The position numbers and the translations under genes are program-made. Source: a virus. Taken from it: DNA of 10,398 nucleotides. Below the pieces are notes generated by a model that searched no databases, was not told where the DNA came from, and was given only the letters and a program-made list of their open reading frames with translations. The stretch lies in UHGV virus genome UHGV-0267725; one strand, given 5' to 3'. Each line of letters begins with the position of its first letter. Within the stretch, counting starts at the first letter, position 1. This document shows positions 1 to 6,758 of this stretch, one piece after another.

Positions 1-239
1 ATGAAATAGGCGTTCAGCGGGAGACGAAAAACGAGCAGGTGGTATTGCACCAGATAATTGATCGCCGGACAGCATCACTGTGCAGTGTCGGGATGTTAAC
101 AAACCTGAATCATGCCGCAATGAGTACGCTTCTTGGTGAGAGGATTATGGACCGCATGACCATGAACGGTGGTCGATGGGTGACGTTTAACTGGGATAGC
201 TGGCGTCCAAATGTCAGCAATATGAGGGTTGTGAAGTAA
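1..239 (+). CDS. 3' end of an upstream phage gene (partial, product unknown)
   Basis: The frame is open from the window edge with no stop before position 39 and ends at TAA 237-239. It is followed directly by a strong RBS (GGAGG 248-252) for the next gene. The 79 visible codons give no recognisable family. Confidence 0.45.
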   Translation, partial: EIGVQRETKNEQVVLHQIIDRRTASLCSVGMLTNLNHAAMSTLLGERIMDRMTMNGGRWVTFNWDSWRPNVSNMRVVK

Positions 240-260
240 TTTTGTCCGGAGGAAATTTTA

Positions 261-1022
261 ATGGAAACCGTTTTTGACGCACTGAAAGCAATGGGAAAAG
301 CCACATCGGTAGAACTGGCCGCGCGACTTGATATCAGTCGTGAAGAGGTTCTCAACGAGCTGTGGGAGCTCAAAAGAAATGGCGTCGTTGATAAAACTGG
401 TCACACCTGGTTTCTGGCTGGCGAAGGTGAATCCCTGGTAACCGAAGAGCGGCCAGTAAAATCTGAAGCACAGGATATGCTGACCGGGGAGGTCGAACAA
501 AAAGTTACCGCAGACATGATGATTGAGTTTATCGGTCAGGATGGGGCTAAAACGTGTGAGGAACTGGCGGGTAAGTTCGGCATCAGTACTCGCAAGGTTG
601 CTTCCACGCTGGCGGTGGTAACCGCAACGGGGCGGCTGGCACGCGTTAATCAGAGCGGTAAATTTCGTTACTGCATGCCGGGCGGTAATTTACCAGCAGA
701 GCCGAAAGCAGCATCGGTAACGGAAAATGATGGTAAAGCCTTTCCTCAGCCAGCAGGTGTTGCGTTACCAGTGCAGGAAGTTGCAACACAGGAAGATATT
801 AAAACAGAAACTGTGGCGGACACTTTGCAGTCGCTGCCATCGTTTACTGAAACGCGAGCGGATGACCTGATTTTACCATCGCTGCATATGGCAAACCTCG
901 AACTGCGTCGGGCGAAAAGTCATGTCCAGAAGTGGGAACGAGTCTGCGCCGCGCTGCGGGAGCTGAACAAGCACCGGGATATTCTTCGTGATATTACCGC
1001 GACCGGAGAGCTGCAGCGGTGA
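261..1022 (+). CDS. Phage protein with N-terminal winged-helix-like domain (253 aa); possibly a prophage DUF family (DUF1627-like, unverified)
   Basis: ATG 261 sits 8 nt after GGAGG (248-252). The N-terminal ~45 aa ([41 protein letters not shown]) look like a small wHTH DNA-binding fold. Stop TGA 1020-1022 overlaps the next start (GTGA). Confidence 0.8.
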   Translation: METVFDALKAMGKATSVELAARLDISREEVLNELWELKRNGVVDKTGHTWFLAGEGESLVTEERPVKSEAQDMLTGEVEQKVTADMMIEFIGQDGAKTCEELAGKFGISTRKVASTLAVVTATGRLARVNQSGKFRYCMPGGNLPAEPKAASVTENDGKAFPQPAGVALPVQEVATQEDIKTETVADTLQSLPSFTETRADDLILPSLHMANLELRRAKSHVQKWERVCAALRELNKHRDILRDITATGELQR

Positions 1023-1336
1023 GTGGCTGGAAGAAGTGGTACGAGGCTGAAATCATGATACTCCGGCAGTGTGCGGGAACGATGACGGTCGAAAGCATTG
1101 GGAGGCTGACCGGTCGTACAGGTGATGCTGTCAGAACGAAAGCGCGGGAACTGGGTGTCAGCCTGATGTTACGGGGTGATTATCACCAGTCAACAAAATA
1201 TCCGCAGAGTGATATTGAACTGGCGCGACAGCTGCATCAGCGTGGCGTACCCAGGAGAGAAATCGCCAGAAAATTTGGAATGCCGTTGCGCACAGTGAAT
1301 AACTACGTTTATTTCGACAGGAGAGTTCAGGAGTGA
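1019..1336 (+). CDS. Helix-turn-helix DNA-binding protein (105 aa)
   Basis: GTG 1019 overlaps the upstream stop; an alternative in-frame ATG lies at 1055. The C-terminal segment [20 protein letters not shown] is a classic HTH, and [23 protein letters not shown] is a second HTH-like segment. Stop TGA 1334-1336. Confidence 0.65.
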   Translation: MSGWKKWYEAEIMILRQCAGTMTVESIGRLTGRTGDAVRTKARELGVSLMLRGDYHQSTKYPQSDIELARQLHQRGVPRREIARKFGMPLRTVNNYVYFDRRVQE

Positions 1337-1338
1337 GG

Positions 1339-1632
1339 GTGAGAGTTTATATTGCCGGTCCAATGACCGGGTATAAAAATTTCAACCGTGAGGCGTTTCA
1401 CAAGGCGGAAGATGAACTGAAACGGGAAGGGCATACAGTCTTAAACCCGGCAGTACTTCCGGACGGGCTGACACAGCCACACTACATGGATATTTGCATG
1501 GCGATGATTCGTTGCGTGGATGCGATTTACATGCTGCAAGGCTGGCAGCGGTCAGCAGGCGCTAAGGCGGAACTGGCGCTGGCGGAGAAGCTGGGGCATG
1601 CGGTTATTTTCCAGGAGACAGCCAGTGAGTGA
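1339..1632 (+). CDS. DUF4406-type small protein of the nucleoside 2-deoxyribosyltransferase-like superfamily (about 97 aa)
   Basis: AGGAG 1328-1332 is followed by GTG 1339; GTG 1333 is an alternative start that overlaps the upstream stop. Translation MRVYIAGPMTGYKNF...QGWQRSAGAKAELALAEKLGHAVIF shows an N-terminal Gly-rich loop and a C-terminal S-x-G-x-x-x-E region reminiscent of the NDT-like fold. This is a family assignment from memory. Confidence 0.7.
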   Translation: MRVYIAGPMTGYKNFNREAFHKAEDELKREGHTVLNPAVLPDGLTQPHYMDICMAMIRCVDAIYMLQGWQRSAGAKAELALAEKLGHAVIFQETASE

Positions 1633-1885
1633 ATCAAAATGCCAGGTTTATGGCAACAAAATAGAACCGTGTGCGGCATTGGCAAAAGCACTCGAATATG
1701 GAAATCCAGCATTTAAGAGTAAAGGCATATTTATCCCGGAACGCGTGAATATAAACACCGGCGAGCCAGGCTTAGACATCGCTCAAATACACTCCGGTCA
1801 ATATGTTGGTCGTGGCGTTGCAATGTGTTTTTGTCCGTTCTGTGGTGAAAGTCTGAAAACATGGGGAAGAGGAAGCAACCGGTGA
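1625..1885 (+). CDS. Small Cys-rich protein, putative zinc ribbon (86 aa)
   Basis: GGAG 1614-1617 is followed by GTG 1625, 8 nt overlapping the upstream stop (1630-1632). Cysteines lie near the N-terminus (SKCQ...EPCAAL) and in CFCPFCG near the C-terminus. The ORF-track extension back to 1520 lies inside the preceding gene in another frame and is not used. Confidence 0.5.
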   Translation: MSESKCQVYGNKIEPCAALAKALEYGNPAFKSKGIFIPERVNINTGEPGLDIAQIHSGQYVGRGVAMCFCPFCGESLKTWGRGSNR

Positions 1886-2044
1886 GCGAAATTAACTTTC
1901 AGGCACTGCGTGACGTGAAAGAGAAAGCATAATCCAAGCCTGAATAATTAAACTCAGCACTGTAAATAAAATTTAATCCTTAACCGGAGGGATTTCTGCA
2001 CCCTCAGAACATCAGGAGGCCGCCTGAAAGGGCGGTAATGAAAA

Positions 2045-2767
2045 ATGACTGAATTAACAAAAGAGCAATTAATCGAAGAAGCTAAATTAAAAATAGCGGT
2101 TGCGAAATGCCACCCCAATTCAGGCGTGGCACGAGTAGAGGGTGAGTTATTCAAAATTGCACTGGCATCGCTGGAAGCAGAGCCAGTGGCATATCAGTAT
2201 CGCCAGTGGGATGCAGAATATGATGAATGGGGAGAATGGGAAGATTGCGGGGAATATGCTTTCGAAAGATTTGTTGAGGAAGAGAAATGCCAGGGGGCAG
2301 GTGTTCAGACCCGTAAGCTATACGCCACGCCGCCAATGCTGGTGGTGCCGGATGAACGGGCTGCCTATGAGTTATTTATGGAGAAGCATTTCGGGGATTC
2401 TGTAGATCGCCGCAGGGTAAAAAATGGCGGTAGTGAATACATGGCATGGGATATGGCGATTGGCTGGATTATCTGGTGTCACCGCGCCGCTATGTTTCAG
2501 GCCGGAAACTTTCGGAAAAATAAGAATTCGTCAACCAGCTCCCCGGCAACTCCGGATGATTGGATAAGCTGTAGTGAGCGAATGCCGGATAGCAAAACAG
2601 CTGTTCTTGTTGCCAGGGAGTTTGACGGGAAAGGTGACTGGCGAATGAAGTGGGCGACTTACATACCGGGACATCCTGATGCTAATGATGGTTGGATAAT
2701 TCCTGGTGCGTCGTGGATTCCATCACACTGGATGCCGCTACCAGAACCGCCGCAGGAGGCGAAATGA
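2045..2767 (+). CDS. Phage protein with C-terminal DUF551-like segment (240 aa)
   Basis: ATG 2045 follows an AT-rich intergenic region (1886-2044). The middle is acidic and Trp-rich, and the C-terminus has W-x-PLPEPP, which I associate with DUF551 phage domains (unverified). Stop TGA 2765-2767 overlaps the next ATG. Confidence 0.75.
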   Translation: MTELTKEQLIEEAKLKIAVAKCHPNSGVARVEGELFKIALASLEAEPVAYQYRQWDAEYDEWGEWEDCGEYAFERFVEEEKCQGAGVQTRKLYATPPMLVVPDERAAYELFMEKHFGDSVDRRRVKNGGSEYMAWDMAIGWIIWCHRAAMFQAGNFRKNKNSSTSSPATPDDWISCSERMPDSKTAVLVAREFDGKGDWRMKWATYIPGHPDANDGWIIPGASWIPSHWMPLPEPPQEAK

Positions 2768-3027
2768 TGGATGTAAAAGAGAAGGTTTTGCAGGTGATGC
2801 GTTCCCGTGCTGCCCTACAAGAGAAAGCTCTCGGTGGTGAATATCCATTCACGATAGCAACCTGGAATCTGCGGTTGGCAATGGAGAAGGAATTTCCTGA
2901 TGAAGAATGGCGTTCGGCAGATTTGCGCAAAATTCTTATAGAGATGGCTAAAGACGGAACAGTATCCAAAGATACCCATGCCAGCCGGATTGGTCAGGCG
3001 GTATGGAGACTGGAGGCGAGGCAATGA
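2764..3027 (+). CDS. Hypothetical phage protein (87 aa)
   Basis: ATG 2764 (ATGATG) overlaps the upstream stop as ATGA. Translation is MMDVKEKVLQVMRSRAALQEK...AVWRLEARQ. The ORF-track start at 2692 lies inside the preceding gene and is not used. Confidence 0.55.
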   Translation: MMDVKEKVLQVMRSRAALQEKALGGEYPFTIATWNLRLAMEKEFPDEEWRSADLRKILIEMAKDGTVSKDTHASRIGQAVWRLEARQ

Positions 3028-3107
3028 GCTGGCCTGAAGCATTCACAACGGTAGGAACTGCAATGGCGGTTGCGCTGGTGGTGTATTCGATTTGCCGCTG
3101 GGGATAA
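3024..3107 (+). CDS. Candidate 27-aa hydrophobic peptide (MSWPEAFTTVGTAMAVALVVYSICRWG)
   Basis: ATG 3024 overlaps the upstream stop (ATGA 3024-3027); stop TAA 3105-3107 lies just before the terminator hairpin. It is below the ORF-track size cutoff. It encodes a single predicted transmembrane-like stretch. It is too short to call confidently. Confidence 0.25.
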   Translation: MSWPEAFTTVGTAMAVALVVYSICRWG

Positions 3108-3118
3108 ATCGCCGAAAA

Positions 3119-3150
3119 AAGATCCCGACACAAACATGAGCCGGGATCTT
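3119..3150. terminator. Bidirectional rho-independent terminator between the + strand gene block and the parDE cassette
   Basis: A 9-bp stem AAGATCCCG (3119-3127) pairs with CGGGATCTT (3142-3150) around a 14-nt loop. It is flanked by an A-run (3115-3120) and T-rich sequence (3149-3157), so a U-tract follows the hairpin on both strands; the minus-strand reading has 6 consecutive T. Confidence 0.55.
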
Positions 3151-3231
3151 TGATTTATATAGCCTACGAATCCGCCAGTAAGAGAGGGGGCGGACGGTTT
3201 ATTCTAACACCGGAATGATGTGGGTAAAAGT

Positions 3232-3531
3232 TTATAAGAAATCGGTTTCATAACTTTGCCCACCATGATAGATACCGACAATAAAGACTTTTCTGCCATC
3301 AACGGCAAAAGCAATAATCGTTCTGTGGCGGAAATGAGTTACCCGCATCCCCTGGCGAATATCATCGCGTTTATTGCCCCGATGCGGGAATGTAGAAAAC
3401 CCATCAAGATAATCAAGAAGCGCATTGGCATAATTGTCAGCAATGACGCTTCCTGCTTTCTCCGTTATGTATCTGTGCAGGTTGATTATCTGCTGTTCGG
3501 CCTCAGGAGTAATGATGACTTCATATGTCAT
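3232..3531 (-). CDS. parE: ParE-family toxin (RelE/ParE superfamily), 99 aa
   Basis: Minus-strand ATG (complement of 3529-3531) gives MTYEVIITPEAEQQIINLHRYITEK...FIVGIYHGGQSYETDFL. It starts 5 nt after the antitoxin stop. Size, position after an RHH antitoxin and the C-terminal R/H-rich region are typical of ParE toxins. The ORF-track extension to 3642 overlaps the antitoxin and is not used. Confidence 0.85.
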   Translation of the reverse strand: MTYEVIITPEAEQQIINLHRYITEKAGSVIADNYANALLDYLDGFSTFPHRGNKRDDIRQGMRVTHFRHRTIIAFAVDGRKVFIVGIYHGGQSYETDFL

Positions 3532-3536
3532 GCAGA

Positions 3537-3794
3537 TTACTTCCCGGATCGAATCGCAGCGCGAACCTGTGAAATGGAGCGTCCGTTGTTCGGGTTTTTG
3601 CGGATTGAATCCAGGGAGGGGGCGGCTGAATGCGTTAACCACGCTTCGATTGCTTTATCGCGCTCATTCAGTGCGCGAAGCCCTTCACGAATGACCTCGC
3701 TTTCTGAAGCATAGGCACCGGAAGCCACACGGGCGCGCACCATGTCAGCCATCTCGTTAGTTAATGTAATGCTGAATTGTTGGGTTGTACGCAT
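3537..3794 (-). CDS. parD: ParD-family antitoxin (ribbon-helix-helix, COG3609-like), 85 aa
   Basis: Minus-strand ATG (complement of 3792-3794) has a good SD (TGAGGT, 6-nt spacer). Translation MRTTQQFSITLTNEMADMVRARVASGAYASESEVIREGLRALNERDKAIEAWL matches the ParD/CC2985-type antitoxin pattern (SE-V-REGLR). It lies immediately upstream of the toxin. Confidence 0.85.
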   Translation of the reverse strand: MRTTQQFSITLTNEMADMVRARVASGAYASESEVIREGLRALNERDKAIEAWLTHSAAPSLDSIRKNPNNGRSISQVRAAIRSGK

Positions 3795-3829
3795 GGTAAA
3801 CCTCAAGGAGTAGGATAGAACACTATTCG

Positions 3830-3857
3830 ATGATAGCACGTTGCCTGTTGACGACAA
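3830..3857 (-). promoter_or_regulatory. Candidate sigma70 promoter for parDE
   Basis: On the minus strand, TTGTCG (complement of 3852-3857), a 16-nt spacer and TATCAT (complement of 3830-3835) lie about 35 nt upstream of the parD ATG. A + strand TTGACG (3847-3852) overlaps this, so a divergent promoter is possible. Based on sequence motif only. Confidence 0.25.
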
Positions 3858-3929
3858 CAGAAATCAGAGACAATATTGCCGCACGCCAGCCTGAACAACT
3901 GGCACCTGCTGCGCCAGCAGAGACAACCA

Positions 3930-4202
3930 ATGGCGCACAAAACCAAATTACACAATTCTGATACCGACCTTGCCATCCGGCACGGGCGGCGTTCTCACAC
4001 ATTCAAATATGACTGGTATCAGCACAATCCCTGCACCGAAGAACAGGCCGAGTGGCTGATTCAGAACTACCGCAGACGTGGTTACGAGTTTCAGAAAGAC
4101 CTCAGTTCTGACTTCCGACACTGGATAATTTCCGTCAGACTCCCTTATTCCGAACGCCCACCGCGTCCGTCCCGCACATTCCAGCAACGGATCTGGAGGT
4201 AA
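3930..4202 (+). CDS. Hypothetical protein (90 aa) translationally coupled to the DUF968 gene
   Basis: The ORF is open from TTG 3876 and the first ATG is at 3930. Stop TAA 4200-4202 lies inside the RBS/start region of the next gene (GGAGG 4195-4199, GTG 4204). The start is uncertain and no family was recognised. Confidence 0.45.
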   Translation: MAHKTKLHNSDTDLAIRHGRRSHTFKYDWYQHNPCTEEQAEWLIQNYRRRGYEFQKDLSSDFRHWIISVRLPYSERPPRPSRTFQQRIWR

Positions 4203-4203
4203 C

Positions 4204-5262
4204 GTGCGGGTATTACTTCGATCTGTTCCGGTACCGGAACTTGGGCTGGTGGTCCTTAAGCCTGGTCGTGAATCCATGCAGGTATTCCGCAGCGGTCGTG
4301 TACTGGTGGAGCCGGAACCGAAAAGCATGCGCGGTCTGCCGTCCGGAGTCGTTCCTGCCGTTCGCCAGCCATTGGCGGAGGATAAATCACTACTGCCATT
4401 TTTCAGCGATGAGCGGGTGATTCGTGCTGCTGGCGGCGCTGGCGCACTGTCTGACTGGCTGTTACGCCATGTTAATTCCTGCCAGTGGCCTCATGGTGAC
4501 TACCATCACAGCGAAACCGTCATACATCGTTACGGTACCGGTGCAATGGTGTTGTGCTGGCACTGCGACAACCAGCTGCGTGACCAGACTTCCGAATCAC
4601 TCGGGCAGCTTGCTCACCAAAACCTGTCAGCATGGATGATTGATGTCATCCGCCACGCAATGAATGGCGCGCAGGAGCGGGAATTATCGCTGGCTGAATT
4701 ATCCTGGTGGGCAACCATAAATAACGTAGCGGACGCACTACCGGAGACGGTATTACGTCGTTCGCTGGGATTACGCGCGGAAAAAATCCGCTCAGTATAC
4801 CGCGAAAGCGACATCATACCGGGAGAGCAGACAGCCACCAGCATACTGAAGCAGCGCACAAAAAATATTGCGCCGTTGCCTCACGCCCACCAGCAACAGA
4901 ATCCACCACAGGAAAAGACGGTGGTCAGCATTGCCGTTGATCCGGAGTCATCGGCTCAGTATCTCCAGCGCCAGAAACCACAACGGGAAGAGATGCCCGT
5001 ATACACGCGCTGGGTAAAAACGCAGAAATGCATGACGTGTGGCAATCAGGCAGATGATCCGCATCACATCATTGGTCATGGACTGGGAGGGATGGGAACA
5101 AAGGCTGATGATTTGTTTGTTATTCCGCTGTGCCGTAAATGCCATAGCGAACTACACGCCGGGGTAAAAGATTTTGAAGAAAAACACGGCAGCCAGCTGT
5201 TGTTGCTGATTCGTTTTTTAATGCACGCGAGAAATTCGGGTGTTCTGAAGTGGAAAGCATAA
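4204..5262 (+). CDS. DUF968-family phage protein with C-terminal HNH-like Cys/His motif (352 aa)
   Basis: GTG 4204 is 4 nt after GGAGG. The C-terminus has C-x2-C...HH-x14-C-x2-C-H (CMTCGNQADDPHHIIGHG...CRKCHSELH). Overall size and pattern resemble DUF968 proteins of E. coli prophages (from memory, YdfU-like). Stop TAA 5260-5262 abuts the rusA ATG. Confidence 0.85.
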   Translation: MRVLLRSVPVPELGLVVLKPGRESMQVFRSGRVLVEPEPKSMRGLPSGVVPAVRQPLAEDKSLLPFFSDERVIRAAGGAGALSDWLLRHVNSCQWPHGDYHHSETVIHRYGTGAMVLCWHCDNQLRDQTSESLGQLAHQNLSAWMIDVIRHAMNGAQERELSLAELSWWATINNVADALPETVLRRSLGLRAEKIRSVYRESDIIPGEQTATSILKQRTKNIAPLPHAHQQQNPPQEKTVVSIAVDPESSAQYLQRQKPQREEMPVYTRWVKTQKCMTCGNQADDPHHIIGHGLGGMGTKADDLFVIPLCRKCHSELHAGVKDFEEKHGSQLLLLIRFLMHARNSGVLKWKA

Positions 5263-5628
5263 ATGACTGAACGCATAGAATTTGTTTTGCCTTACCCGCC
5301 AACGGTGAACACCTACTGGCGACGTCGTGGCAGCACATATTTTGTATCAAAAGCCGGTGAGCGTTATCGCCGTGATGTGGCGCTTATTGTTCGCCAGCAG
5401 CAGTTGAAATTAAGCCTGTCCGGACGGCTGGCGATAAAGATTATTGCAGAGCCACCGGATAAACGTCGTCGTGACCTGGACAATATCCTGAAAGCACCAC
5501 TGGATGCGCTGACGCATGCCGGATTACTCATAGACGACGAGCAGTTTGATGAAATCAATATTGTGCGCGGTCAGCGCGTTCCTGGGGGGCGGCTGGGCGT
5601 GAAGATTTACAAAATTGAGAGTGAGTGA
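5263..5628 (+). CDS. rusA: RusA-family Holliday junction resolvase (121 aa)
   Basis: ATG 5263 directly follows the upstream TAA. Translation contains LPYPPTVNTYWRRRG, PDKRRRDLDNILKAPLDALTHAGLLIDDEQ and GGRLGV, matching the conserved RusA motifs, including the catalytic Asp cluster. Confidence 0.9.
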   Translation: MTERIEFVLPYPPTVNTYWRRRGSTYFVSKAGERYRRDVALIVRQQQLKLSLSGRLAIKIIAEPPDKRRRDLDNILKAPLDALTHAGLLIDDEQFDEINIVRGQRVPGGRLGVKIYKIESE

Positions 5629-6179
5629 TCGTAAATATGATATACCCGGAAATTACAGGCAAAAGCGGCGAGCATTTACGTCTAAAAACGCTGGAAGCCG
5701 TCTGGATCCAGGGGAAATTACGGATGTGGGGGCGTTGGTCGTATATAGGTGGTGGCAAAACAGGAAATATGTTCAATCAGTTGCTGGCATCCAAAAAACT
5801 GACAAAAACCGCAATCAATGAAGCCCTGCGTAGAATCAGGGAGTCAGGGATTGATAAACCAGAGCTGGAAGCATTCTTGCGAGAGATGATCGCTGGCAGA
5901 CAGAAGAGCTGGTTGTCTCACTGTACTGATGCAGAGGCGTTACGCATTGATGGGGTGATAAGTAAAGCGCTTGCACGTTATCCTGGATTGATTGATATCC
6001 TGCGGCAAAGATACGAAGGGCGGGGGATGAGTAAACGCAAAATGGCTGAATTGTTGAATGAGGTGCACCCGGAATGGTGTTTTAGTACATGCGAAAAGCG
6101 AATTGCTAATTGGTTGGCTGTTGCTGAATATGCGCTATACATCCCTATGCGAGAATCGTTTGCTCAAAAAATGTCTTGA
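5625..6179 (+). CDS. Q-position protein, putative late-gene antiterminator (184 aa from GTG 5625, or 180 aa from ATG 5637)
   Basis: The start overlaps the rusA stop (GTGA). The gene lies immediately upstream of a promoter-like element and a strong intrinsic terminator, which is the lambdoid Q/pR'/tR' position. The protein has no obvious Cys4 finger, so its family is uncertain (a non-lambda-type Q or a DUF). The functional call is positional inference only. Confidence 0.7.
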   Translation: MIVNMIYPEITGKSGEHLRLKTLEAVWIQGKLRMWGRWSYIGGGKTGNMFNQLLASKKLTKTAINEALRRIRESGIDKPELEAFLREMIAGRQKSWLSHCTDAEALRIDGVISKALARYPGLIDILRQRYEGRGMSKRKMAELLNEVHPEWCFSTCEKRIANWLAVAEYALYIPMRESFAQKMS

Positions 6180-6204
6180 TTTTTTACGCATAAACTGTTT
6201 CAAT
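6176..6204 (+). promoter_or_regulatory. Candidate late promoter (pR'-like) downstream of the Q-position gene
   Basis: TTGATT (6176-6181), a 17-nt spacer and an extended -10 TGtTTCAAT (6196-6204) would place the transcription start near 6211. That gives a transcript of about 77 nt ending at the terminator at 6262-6288. Based on sequence motif only. Confidence 0.3.
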
Positions 6205-6261
6205 CCAGCTACGCTTCGCAAAGCTATACCGCGAGGCGAATAGCAGACATGGACACCTGAA

Positions 6262-6288
6262 AGAACCCGCTTTATGCGGGTTTTTTTA
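6262..6288 (+). terminator. Rho-independent terminator (tR'-like)
   Basis: A 7-bp GC-rich stem AACCCGC (6264-6270) pairs with GCGGGTT (6276-6282) around the loop TTTAT, and the T-run continues to 6287. Confidence 0.8.
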
Positions 6289-6428
6289 TGCCTGAAAAAC
6301 GGCACAGAACATTAAACGCGCTGGTAGTTGTGAATACTGGGCTTTCAGCTTGCTGGCTTTTTGGACAAGAGTTATTGGTATGTCACGTTAACCGGAAAAG
6401 GAAAAAAGACATGCTAAAACAGTAGGAT

Positions 6429-6608
6429 ATGACCGAAACCGCCAGAGTGGTGTTTAATGAATTAAGCGTCACCGAACCGGCGACCGTCGGGGAAATTGCG
6501 CAGAATACTTACCTTTCACGCGAACGCTGCCAGTTAATACTGACTCAGCTTGTTATGGCGGGTCTGGCAGATTATCAGTTCGGTTGTTACAGACGCCTTC
6601 CGCAGTGA
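6429..6608 (+). CDS. Candidate small winged-helix protein (59 aa) upstream of the methyltransferase
   Basis: ATG 6429 to TGA 6606-6608, below the ORF-track size cutoff. Translation MTETARVVFNELSVTEPATVGEIAQNTYLSRERCQLILTQLVMAGLADYQ resembles the N-terminal wHTH of the 261-1022 protein. The SD is weak (AGGA only 1-2 nt from the ATG), so coding status is uncertain. Confidence 0.3.
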   Translation: MTETARVVFNELSVTEPATVGEIAQNTYLSRERCQLILTQLVMAGLADYQFGCYRRLPQ

Positions 6609-6758
6609 AGGCTTTTTAATTTGTGGTAATGGGCGGCTGGTGGGTGTTAGCGGCACCTGCCAGCCATCTGCTCATGCGTTGGGGTCACAAGCAAACCTCA
6701 GGCCCATCTGCTTTGCGCAAAAGCGGTATGAGCCTATCAGAGAAGTGCTTATTGATCT

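Noticed and set aside
110-500. Minus-strand ORFs 110-373 and 258-500
   Set aside because: Antisense to the partial upstream gene and the wHTH gene, which have a strong RBS and protein-like sequence.
1520-1885. ORF-track 5' extension of the Cys-rich gene back to 1520
   Set aside because: The extension lies inside the DUF4406-like gene in another frame; the SD-proximal GTG 1625 is the plausible start.
3184-3625. Direct 10-mer repeat GAGGGGGCGG at 3184-3193 and 3616-3625 flanking parE
   Set aside because: Single 10-mer matches are expected by chance dozens of times in 10 kb (about 5e7 position pairs times 1e-6), and there are no flanking extended repeats, so it is not evidence of an insertion boundary.
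3256-3714. 152-aa + strand ORF (and 3434-3694) overlapping the parDE cassette
   Set aside because: It is antisense to two genes with clear family signatures and proper RBSs; it has no RBS and its composition is Arg/Ser-rich and low-complexity.
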